DNA from: Trypethelium eluteriae
Taxonomy: Eukaryota
Direction: 5' to 3'
NCBI GenBank assembly: GCA_051942245.1
Contig: JAVECL010000038.1
Span: 1-64,000, forward strand
DNA: 64,000 bases
Shown in pieces: positions 45,677-57,109 of the stretch. The position numbers were made by a program, and so were the translations under genes. How positions within the stretch are numbered: position 1 is the stretch's first letter; each line of letters begins with the position of its first letter. A model generated the notes under the pieces. The model saw only the letters and a program-made list of their open reading frames with translations. It ran no database searches and was not told the origin of the DNA.

Positions 45677-46381
45677 GGTGGATTTGGTTAACTCTGAGGC
45701 GGTCAACGAATAAAGTTGCGAGTGTATTGTACACTAGGATTGATTTCTGAAGTGATAGTCTTCTGAGCGTCTGTTCTTAACTCGGCTATCAGCTACCGCA
45801 ACCAGTGTTTTATATGCGTGACGCAACGGGCGAGTTGGCCGAGACTGCCGGATCTGTCGCTATGTTTTCGCGCACCCCTCGGGCTAGATTCAGGCCCTGT
45901 TTCGCTTTCTTAGGAGTGCTTCCTGACAACATGAGCTAACTAGATGGCTGTTAGCCACGGTCGGGATAGTGCTTATTGGCTTATCTAGGTACTTGGGTAC
46001 ACATACCGCAGGCACGCCGGTGACAGAAAGAACAGTACAGGTGAATGAAACCTGTCTTCTTTCGCAGACCCGTCGAGATCAAATTTGAGAAAACATCTAG
46101 GCTGTCCAAGTATAGTTCACTCCTCAATGTATTCTATTCTTAATAACAATCTGTTCTTGTGGTACAAATGAATTATTTCAGCTAAAGATGTACTCCGTAC
46201 TGGGGCGGCCACTTGATTCTGATAGAGTCCCGCGCAATGTTGGTGTACTCTAGAGTACCCGCGTGCGCAGGCGTGGTAGGCGCGGCCAGGCTTCGCGACA
46301 GAGGACCGGTGGTGGTCCGAAAAGAGCGCGAAGCGTCCCGAGTCCGCCACGACATCAACACCTAATTGCATGTAGCCATTC

Positions 46382-49096
46382 ATGTCGGTACCTGCGCCGA
46401 AGTTGCGTAGCTGCGTCATATGCCGTACTCGCAAGGTTCGATGCGATAAGCAGTCGCCGTGCTCTAACTGTCGTCGAGCTAAAATTACGTGTGTATTTCC
46501 ATCAACAGACCGGCCGCCGAGATGGGCCCGCCGTTTTGAACGCCGCACCAACAATGCTGCAACATGGGACGCTCCTTCACCCCAAGACGTCGACCCGAAC
46601 ATCGATCAGACCTTGAAAAGACTGCGAAATGTTGAGAACATAGTGAAGGAGCTGAGCGGCCAGCTAGAGCAGGCACGCGCAGAAACGAGCTCGAGCCGTG
46701 GTGCTTCATCTACTGGCAACTCGCCCGGCAGCTCCACCCGGAGTCGTGATGCAGGGCAGCAGAGGCAGACATCGCCCGAGACATATACCACTGGCATCAA
46801 TGAGCACTTCGGCCGGCTGGTCGTTCAGGATACCAGCCACATCCGCTACGTGAGCAGCAGCTTTTGGTCCCGTATCGATGATGAGGTGGGCTGGCCTGGC
46901 GTAGATATGCCATCACCTTTGACTAGATAGCTGACTGACGCTTGTTGCAGCTCGATGCGTTAAAGATGGATAGCCACGGCCTCGTGGCAGACGAGTCCGA
47001 CAGCTCAGAAGATGATGCATCGTCTGAAAAGGCGTCCGCTCCAAAACTGAAAAGGAGACCATCGGAACGCTATGGGTTCCTTTTCCGACACAATTTGAGC
47101 CCTTCAGCTCCTGATCTTCGCGATTTACGACCACTCCCGTCGCAGATTCCTTTCTTACTAGAAATATTCTCGGAGAATGTGAACGTCTTACTCCGTATTG
47201 TACACATCTCCACCGTGACTGATATGGCCCGTGACTTGCGTGGTAGCAGCCCCGCTCAACTAACACCATCCAATGAAGCCTTGATGTTCTCGATCTACTA
47301 TGCTGCGGTAATTTCCATGGAGGAAGACGAGGTGAGTTCTTGGATTGACCTGCCGCGGCTCAAAACACTATACTTGGGATGCATACTGATACATCTTTGA
47401 GTAGGTCATGACCAATTTTGGCACCTCCAAACCCGATCTTAGTCTCAGATATCGACTCGGATTTGAGCGTGCCCTTGCAGAGGCCGACTTTCTGAATCAT
47501 CCTGATCTTGTTCTAGTTCAAGCGTTTGCCCTTTTTCTCTGTCTCGCTCGTCGGCACGACAGCCCGCGCTTCGTGTGGATGATGACTGGGCTCCTGGTTC
47601 GAATGGCCCAATATATTGGGTTGCAGCGAGATGGGTCTCGTTTCGATCACCTATCTCCGTTTGAGATTGAGATGCGAAGGAGAATCTGGTGGATTGTATG
47701 CCTGCTGGATGCGAGAGCATCTCAAGATCAAGGAACAGACCTGACTATCACAAGCGGCAGCTTCGACACAAGAATTCCCATGAATATTAACGAGGCAGAC
47801 ATCCATTGTGAATTAAGACAGGTTCCCAATGAACGTCACGGCGTGACGGATTCGACATTCCCACGTATCATTGCTGAGATGACCAACATCCAGATAGAGA
47901 TGATGACCACTGGTGCAAGGGATGGTGAAGAAGGTCTGGAAGACCAACGTCGTCTATTGAACAAAATTTATGAGAAGCTGGAACACGAATATCTTCAACA
48001 CGCGACGGACTCGGCCAACACTGTTTATTGGGTGGTGGTCACCGTTGCACGGCTTACCATGGCCAAGATGACGCTCCTGGTTTTCCTTCCCATTCTGTCC
48101 CCATGCCTAAGCGAGCATCATTCGGATGAGATAAGAGGCAAGTTACTGATTTCAGCAATTGAAGTTGCTGAGTACAACCACGAACTCAACGCCAATCAAG
48201 CCTGTCGGCAATGGCGCTGGGTTTACCAAACCTATACGCATTGGTATGCCATTGTTTACCTCATGATCGAGATCTCACAACGTCCTTGGTCTCCTCTCGT
48301 CGAGAGGGCTTGGGTCGCACTTCATAGTAGCTGGTTGATTCCAGCCAGAACTCACGCAGATAAGGACACCCGCATTTGGATTCCGCTACGAACGTTGATG
48401 GAGAAAGCTCGCAAGCATCGCGACGCCGAGCTCGAGCGGCTGCGCGCTGATTCTCAAGCTGCCGCCAGGCTTGAGATGGAAGACCAGCAAATCCCAAATC
48501 CACTAAGCTCTGGGCCGTTTCCAAACGAGTCTAGCGCAGATGCCTTCCGTGAGCGATGGCGCCAACTCGTAGCCACACCAAATCTTCCTGGGGAAGGCAT
48601 AGAGACATCTGAGAATTATGGCATAGCCCTTACTGACTCGTCGGCAAATCTTGAATACGCAAATCAACCAGTCGCGAAGTCCGTCTCTGTGTGTGAATCA
48701 AGCAATCCGAGCTACGGAAAACTCTTCGAGCCCAGACATCTGAGTACGGGCGGGCAACAGACCGACAAACCCATGGAGACCTTCAACATGAGTGAACAAG
48801 AACCGGCGACCACGATGGACTCGTCAAGCGACTTGCTCATGGCACAGACCGATGAGCCTTCATACAAAACTTTCCCTGTGGTGCCTGCGACCACAGACTG
48901 GTCAGACGATAGCAATATAGGTCCAGGCTTCGTACCTTGGCCATTAAATGATACTGGTCCTTCACTGAATTCGCTGCCAGACTTAGACGTAAATCTCGTC
49001 GATATTAACATGAACCTGGATGGCGAGGTGAACTGGTATAATTTGCTTGAGTTTGCCAAAGGCATGGAACGTGATACAGGGCCTGGCACGCTCTAA
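46382..49096 (+). CDS. Zn(II)2Cys6 transcription factor with fungal-specific middle homology domain; introns about 46886-46950 and 47332-47405
   Basis: SCVICRTRKVRCDKQSPCSNCRRAKITC and AQYIGLQRDG...EMRRRIWW...D. Three ORFs are joined by GT-AG introns. Confidence 0.93.
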
Positions 49097-50447
49097 AATT
49101 TAGAGCTCGAGTACTGCCAAAGTAGCAACGTTGAGCACTTAGAGTTGCAATGCTCACAAAAACTTCAGCAGATTTATCCTTTGAGCACTCGTCACCGCCA
49201 TTGCTCGAACACTAGTCAGAGTGCTCTAAAACCGCAGTACCTCACATGGAGTAGCTCAAGCCTGACTGGGTTCTACATGCAGCAACGGAAAAGCTTGCAA
49301 ACCCTACAACGTCATTGATTCTCGGACATTGCAGTGTTCAAAACAGTGTTGGTAGAGCAAACCAGCAGGGAAAGCAACAGAAACTACGGTACGGAGTACC
49401 TTGGTCATCGAAATCCTTGAAATGCGCAGGATCAAATCATGTGTACTTGGATGTTGGGCAAATCCAAGCGGCTTTAAGCCCCCGGAGCTAGGATGCTGAC
49501 ACAGAGGAGAGAGCTGATCAGTTGGTAGGATGAAGAGACTGGAAGCATGTACTCTGTATCTGGAGTATCATTTATGCAGCGGTCTTGGAGACACAAGGGC
49601 CTGGGCCAATAAGTGATCTATACATGCACTATCAAACTGCAGCCTGAGCAAGCACCCACAAAGTGCCAAAACTGACGACATCTCAATCTCACCTGTGGTA
49701 CATACAATGTACTATTAGGCTGTTGAACGAAAATACTTTGCTGCGACAAGGCAGCGTCCCACGTCGAGGTTGATTGGTTGACGAGGTTGACGAGGTAAGC
49801 AGATTTCTGTTCGATCATACCCAATGTTGGGACGCGCTTGCCCTAGAATCCATCACACCAGAGCGCGACCTTCAAGGCTCACGCTCACTTAAGCCATTTA
49901 CTTTACTTCCTCTTTAGTTCAATTGCTTATATCCAGTATTCTTTAGAGAAAGCAACACACATATTTTCTAGATGCCATTCACTATACAGCAAGGCTCTAC
50001 AGGGGGTTCCATTGCATTGCATAATTCCCACGGCTCTCAGATATCATTCTTTCAAAATCAACTGTCAAAGACAGACGCAGACAATCACCTCAGATTTATG
50101 CTATGCTTGCTCTATGGCCGCCTCTGGCTGTTGTCAAATCGAAGAATAGCTAGGTTTGTGCGAATGATCATGCCGCTGTATCGTTACTGCAGATGCATCT
50201 AACGTATCAGCTCTATAAAACCCTCGATGCTTCCATGACTGAGCGCCCATTTGGTCCTCACTCTCTTTAACACATTCATCTACTCATACGCATTACTCAA
50301 TAAGAGTCCCGTGGGATCTTTACCAGGAGTAAAGCGTCTCCAAATGTTCACACCCCCGATGATTTCTCTGGGGAACACCCGCCTGGAAAGAACATGTCGA
50401 GCACACAAAACGCAAATGAAGTCCACGGCAACCTGTATCGCGTGTTC

Positions 50448-51763
50448 TTAGTTGTTCAAGACTGACTGGCTATGAATCCCATTCTCCCTATTCTCCCCCT
50501 TTTCAGATTGAAGACGCTCGATCCTCTGACTCAGACTCTCACTGTTGTCGGGGTCCCAAAATGGTCTTTCACCAAAAATTGCTGTGCGTTTCCCTTCCCT
50601 CAGTGTCACATCGTACCCACCGGGAGTAGCCTTGTGTACTATGGCTCTGTTGTCCCAGAAAGCTACAGCGCCTGCTGTCCACCTCCACCGCACAGTGAGA
50701 TCATCAGCTTGAAGCAAGTGCTCACGGAGAAATGCAAGGATGTGGTTGGATTCTTGAGCATTCAGTTCTGCAATGCGGGTGATGAACCAAGGATTGTAAT
50801 TCAAAATCTTCAGACGCGTCACTGGATGCGTTCGGACCTTTATGCATGAGATCAGCCAAGCACGTGGGCGGTATTTAAGGTGGATACCCATACTAATGGA
50901 TGAGATGTGTTGATGGGTGCTCGATGAGGGCTTCCACCACCGTTGATAGAAGCCGCATATCCTCTCTGTCTCGCAGTCAGTTGCTCGCTCGACTTCGAGA
51001 CTCTAATGATTTGCTCACATCGGAGGAGTGAATAGCATGTAGGCCTTCAAAGGTCTTTTGGAAAGTTGGGCTTAGCTTATCATACAGTGCTGCTTGGCTT
51101 GCGTAAATGGTATCACCCCCATCAGGCGGAGTTTTCACCATACGGAGGAGTGTATATGACGGCGGATTCACTTCGAATGAATGGTCTGAATGAAATTCAC
51201 CAGAGTTGTTACCATAGGCACGAATATTCCTAGCATCGAATTAGTTTGACTGACAAAAGGAATTGTAACCTACCCTTCACGTCCAACGATTGTAACATGG
51301 CGCGGATCTTGCTGGTTGGGATCTCTATCTTGCTTTAGAAGAAGTGTCAATACACTGAATGAGACCGAATGTGAGAACAACTAACGATGCCATAATAAGC
51401 TGCCAGTGCATGTTGCTGTTCGAGAGTGATATCCTGGTCGCGGAAAAAAACAACCCCTCTCTGCCGAACTGTTAGAGCAGCAAAACAATCCCGGCTGTCG
51501 ACCTTTCTACACACCTCAGCAACAAGCAAGGCCAACTCGTCTTTTTGCGCATCTGTCAATCGGCTCAATTGAATGCCCTTTAGTTCAGTTCCGACGTATG
51601 GGGTGAGGTTATCGACTGCAGACGCTTGAGCCAGCAGCGACGCCTTTTCCGGATCGCCAAAAAATGCACGGTCGCGGGAAGGCACAAATTCTTTCAATGG
51701 AGGATTGGGTGGCTTATAGTCGAAGACTGCCGGGGAAAGCTCAGTAGTTACTTGAAAAGCCAT
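50448..51763 (-). CDS. TauD/TfdA-family Fe(II)/2-oxoglutarate dioxygenase (Jlp1-like sulfonate/sulfate-ester type), 5 introns
   Basis: LTPYVGTELKGIQL, LLVAE|RGVVFFRDQ, HxD in FHSDHSFEVNPPSYT, GGDT, HPL|VRTHPVT and FWDNRAIVH. Confidence 0.92.
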
Positions 51764-52149
51764 TTAGAATGGAATTCAGAATTGTGGGAAGTCGATCTAT
51801 GGTGTTACCCATGATACTACACTGATAAAGATATGAACTCAAGTGCATGGTATCGTACTCTATCTCTCACCAGTCTCCACTTCAATCCTTCTTCTGCACC
51901 TATCAACGGACGCAGAAGCTTATTGAACAACGCCTCATATGCACCCCACTCCGTGCCACTTCAAGGCGTGCGAATCCTACACACCAATTGCGAGGGCCCT
52001 CGCATCGATGGCGACATATGGATTTATCTTGCGTGATGGGTTCCTAGTAAGATTATACATAATACATGAACGTAGCAAATCTATACTACTGATGACAATC
52101 TAGTCGCTTCGATTAGCTTGATGAACCCTGAACACGGTTTGCGAACATC
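51764..52149. promoter_or_regulatory. Divergent TauD/MFS promoter with CYS3/MetR-like bZIP sites
   Basis: ATGGTATCGT (51847-51856) and ATGGCGACAT (52008-52017) are each one mismatch from ATGRYRYCAT. ATGGTGTTAC at 51799-51808 is a weaker match. Confidence 0.5.
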
Positions 52150-53948
52150 ATGGCGGATCGCCCAGAGGTTGGTACGTACAGCAGCAGCGGACCGAAGCTG
52201 GCCACGGGGCCTTCACAAACTTGGTATGTAGACAACGAAAGCAAGGGAAATCCAAAAGATCCCAATAAAGGAGTTCAGGATGTACAGGATGAGGGTTTCG
52301 AGGAGGGGTCCACCAGTTCAGTCAAGGAAGTATTTGATATCCAAGCAATTGATCCGGTGTTGGCGAAGAAAATGGCGCTCGCCAACGAGGCAATTGATGC
52401 GATTGGCATGACCAGTTTCCAATGGAAGCTCTTTTTCCTCAATGGATTCGGATATGCTGTGGATTCGGTAAGCAAACTCGTCCCGCTAGTAGCAGAAAAC
52501 TTGGGTCTAACACTCCAGCGAAATCCAGCTCCTCATCGTCTGTCAGTCCATCGCAAGTCCCGCCGTACAGCAAGAGTATGGACTACCAAGCGCTCACATT
52601 GTTGGAATACCATTGGCATCCCAAGTCGGCCTCTTGGTTGGCGCGGGAGTATGGGGTTTCTCGGCAGACATTATCGGTCGCAAACTTGCTTTCAACACCA
52701 GTCTCTTTGGCTGCTCTATCTTCGTTCTCATTGCAGGTGGAATGCCGGATTATATCTCGTTCGCCGCAATGTAGGTCTGCTATCTTTCATTGATGACGTA
52801 CTGTGCTGACTTTTTTAGCGTCGCCATCTACTCTGCTTGCGCCGGTGGTAATTATATTTTGGATGCTACCAACTTTTTGGAATTCCTTCCCACCACCCAT
52901 GCCTGGCTCGTCACCTTTATGGCAATCTGGTGGGCAGTCGGGTACACAATAACTGGACTTTTGGCTTGGGCGTTCATGAGCAATTATAGCTGTGCCCCAG
53001 ATGCTACGACGGCAACCTGTCCGCGTTCAGAAAATATGGGCTGGCGATATCTCCACTTGACCTGTGGAGCCCTCGTTCTCGTCATGGCTTTGCTCCGAGT
53101 CACTGTCATAAACATGACCCAGACACCGCGGTGGCTACTCAGTAACAACCGCGATGAGGAGGTGATTAGCGTTCTGAACAGGATCGCGGCGATGAAAAAC
53201 GTGGTCAATCCGTTATCTCTGGACCAACTCCAATCCGAAGGCATCGTTCTTCATACTGAAAAGTCCGCCTGGTCGCGGGTACGAATGAAGCTACACTTTC
53301 AAGGCCTTTTCCAGACTCGAAAGCTGGCATGGTCGACAACGGTCATCATTGCCAATTGGTTCGTCATTGGCATGGTTACTCCGCTTTTCAGTGTTTTCCT
53401 TCCGTATTACTTAAAGTCACGGGGCGCTGATACTGGGGATGATTCCAATTACACGACCTGGAGAAACTATGCTATCAACCAGATTTCGGGAGTTTTCGGT
53501 CCCATTATTGCCGGGATCCTGGTCGAATTCAACCACATTGGACGACGAGGGGCTTTGGCAATCGGCGCGGCAATCACAATGATACTTCAATTTGGATACA
53601 CACAGATTAAAACTCCGGCTCAAAATGTAGGCGTTTCGGCAGCGATAACTGCTGCATCGTAAGTGCCTTGAATTCAGGATACAATCAATACTAAATATCT
53701 ACAGAAATATCTACTATGGAACGATTTATGCATACACTCCTGAAGTCCTTCCATCTGCTCATCGTGCAACTGGGTATGGCATCTGTGTGGTGTTGAATCG
53801 GGTTGGGGGTATTCTTGGTGTTATTGTCGGTAGCTACGCGAATGTAGCCACCACAGCGCCATTGTTTGTCTGTGCATCATTGTACGCTTTGCTGATTGTT
53901 CTCAGCCTGCTATTGCCATTTGAGTCGAGGGGAAAAAGAAGTCAGTAG
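52150..53948 (+). CDS. MFS transporter (sugar porter/SV2-like), 3 introns
   Basis: IDAIGMTSFQWKLFFLNGFGYAVDS, ADIIGRKLAF, GGNYILD, GWRY, IGRRG and YAYTPEVLPSAHRATG. Confidence 0.92.
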
Positions 53949-55195
53949 CGTATTCGGTTCTGCCAGTACTGAGGGGAGCATCTCTAGCAGAAAATCTTCA
54001 CATCGTCTCGTGTTGCTCAGTGCCGTCTTGACTGCTATGTATCCTCGAGGTCTTCTCCCAGGCCTCTGTCTTCTTCAATTAGACATACCAAACCCCTGTA
54101 GGATAGCATAATAGTTAAGATACAACGAATCGACAATATAGATCCATTCGTGTTGATTGAAGTGATCGACAGCGTGTTTGATACTGAGTAAAAGACTGGC
54201 GAGACAGCTTGAATAATTATTTGGTCAACGCACTGGGCAAACGCTCGCTCAGGCTGCTTCACTTTAGTGCAGGATGTGACAGATAGAAAGTATTCCAAAA
54301 TTTTGATAAGACGCCTGCGCCAATCTCTGTTACTTTGTGTGGAAGATATGAATATGCAGCATTGCCAGGAGTTCCTCGTACGGATAGTGAAGCTCGAGTC
54401 AGTGTTTAACGGAAACGACACGACGCTGCCTTTCGGCCCGCCGTAGTATGCAGCGACCGAAAAGTGCGCTTGCTGCAAGTTTTGTATGGATTAGGGCCGC
54501 CCAGAAGACCCAGAGATACAACCATCCGCTCATCTACCTTACGGCTCTGCAAGAGAACCATTTGCCCTTGAAAAAGTTGAGATGAATGAGATGAAAAGGT
54601 ACGAAATGGATTGAAACATGAAGCATTTCGAGGTTTGTGAAACGTTACCGAAGGCCTATCACTTGGGCGAATCCAGTTCAGTGCGAGCTGTGAGATTCAG
54701 TCTCCAGCCCCATAGCATCAGTGACAATGATGTGAGAGGCACAAAGGCAGAACAAGTCCTGGTGATGATTCGAATGATGTGGCCATGGTGGATGTGGTCA
54801 AAACTTTGGCGAAGTCACGCTCCGGCAGCCCAGTGGTGAGAACGTCGCCGAGCCTGCGTAATATCACCAATATTCTGTTGTTCCATCCGGTGATCCTAAT
54901 TCCTCAATACTTCAAATGTGCCAAAATACGATTTTTTGCTATTCAAATAGCTGAATGGACAAGACGAATCAACCACGTTATCTATTTCTCGTTGAATAGA
55001 GACGAAAGGATACAGTACCAGAGATAGTGAAGGGTACAAGAGCAAGCGCCATATCCGCACCACGCTCCGTATAGAAAGGACGCTCCTGATGCAAGAATAG
55101 ATACCGAATTCTTTGTCTCGACCCTGTCCACTCCCACCGCCCACATCCACAACCGGCTCCTGATACTTACAGCAAATTCTCCTTTATCCAACCTT

Positions 55196-56739
55196 TCATA
55201 ATTTCCCTTCGCCCGTCCTCGTCACCGTATCTGGTCCCGCTGGCTTCTTACTCGTATCCCCATAGTAAAAGTTTTCCTCTGGCACTCTGCCCCTCAAAAA
55301 TGCGGGCTCACTGCCGCGGACATAGATGTCCTCGAACAGAACTTCCGGCGTCGCATCCGGCGTCGGCATCTGCTCGGCCTCGGCGACCTCGGCATCGACG
55401 TGCTCGCGTGCTTCCTTGTCGATGCCCTTGAGTTCTTGCTCCGTCGTGACGCCCCAGTCGATGAGTTTCTGCTTGAGGCCGGCGATCGGGTCATTGGTGC
55501 TGCGCATACGTTGGATTTCTTCGCGGGTCTGGAGTATGGTTAGTACGGAGCTTGTTCAGATTGCATCGTGCTGCAGGATAGGCACACTTACCCTGTAGGT
55601 AGTACCGGGGTCAGACATGGAGTGTCCTCCGTATCGATACGTGACATATTCGTAGACAAGCGGGCCTTTGCCTGCGGACGTCCATTGCTTGCCATACTGG
55701 ACGGCGGCTTTGACCGCGAGTACATCCATGCCGTTGATTTTGAGACCGGGGATGTACTGGCCACGCTTGTAGTAGTCGGTCAAGGCAGCGGCACGGTTGG
55801 CCGCAGTACCCATACCGTATTTGTTGTCTGATAGTAGTCAGCGAAAATCCTTCAGGCTGGGTACAAAATTGGAAGTCCTACTCTCGCAACCAAAGATCAC
55901 GGGAACATTCCAGAGCTTCGCCATGTTGAATGCTTCGAACACTTGTCCTTGATTGCTGGCTCCGTCACCGTACAAGCAGATGGTCGTATTGTCCTTGCCC
56001 AGGTACTGGTTTGCAAATCCGATTCCTGCTCCAACAGGGACCTGTGCACCGACAATACCATTTCCTCCGTAGAAACCGGTAGCGAACATGTGCATGCTGC
56101 CACCCTTGCCATATGCGATACCTCCACGTCGTCCAAGCAATTCACCGATGATGGATTTGACAGTGCCCCCGCGCATCAGGGCAAAGCCGTGGCAGCGATA
56201 GGCGGTGATAACATGGTCGGTCTTTGTGATAGCGTGTTCAATTCCGACGGCGACAGCTTCTTGGCCGGTAGAAAGATGGCAGAAGCCCCGGATTTTCTTT
56301 TCTTTGTAGAGACGGTCGGCAGCCATTTCCATTCGGCTATAGATCAATTGAGTCAGTCAAAAATCTTTGGAACAACTCCAGACGGCTATGGCCGAGTTCA
56401 GCGACCTACCGAACAGCAACCATATCGTAGTACATCTGCTTCAGCTCTTTCTTCGTAGTGTCCAATGTATACGGTGGAGGATCGAGCTCGTAGGTTTCGA
56501 AGCTCTCATCTGAGAGCCTGACCTCAAAGGGCTTGTCATCTTCCTGAAATACCACGTCTCGTCAGCGCTGATTGAGAATCCTAGCTTTCCCAGGTTCTTA
56601 TCCTCACCTCCGGCACGCTCTCTTTGTCTGCATGAGAAGACGCAGCGTCTGTTGTGACTGATCTTCTCACGAGAGGAGCGTAGACGTTATTACGCCGTAT
56701 CGGCGTTGCATAGCTCCTCCGCAACGCCCTCGAAAACAT
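55196..56739 (-). CDS. PDA1: Pyruvate dehydrogenase E1 alpha subunit, 4 introns
   Basis: Mitochondrial presequence [34 protein letters not shown] motif [10 protein letters not shown] and [12 protein letters not shown]. Confidence 0.97.
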
Positions 56740-57109
56740 AGTCGCGAAGTGAATATGATAGGTAGGGAAGGTGAAGAATTGAAGGGTCGTAAATCGTTGG
56801 GAGAGCTTTCTGATGGTAAGCTTCGGAGATCGGGCTGCGGTCCGGGTTTCCCCAAAGGACAAATTCTTGGCTCCGAATAATTATCTTCTCAGCTTGCTGA
56901 CAATGCTACTTGAATGTACCTCACTTGAATCAATCTCAGCCTTCGAGATCATTGAATGCTAAAGAGCTCTATAGGGTGGTTTACGCCGACGATTCGACCG
57001 GACAACACTAGTGACCAAGAACCAGAAAATTGGCACTTTACGTCCCATTGAGTATCTCGTACAGACATTGAAGGTAATTACACAAATACGAAGCCTCTAA
57101 ATACCCCTA

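Noticed and set aside
54035..54478. 147-aa minus-strand ORF containing AAYYG (ankyrin-like)
   Set aside because: TTG start, no further ankyrin consensus, and no supporting gene structure.
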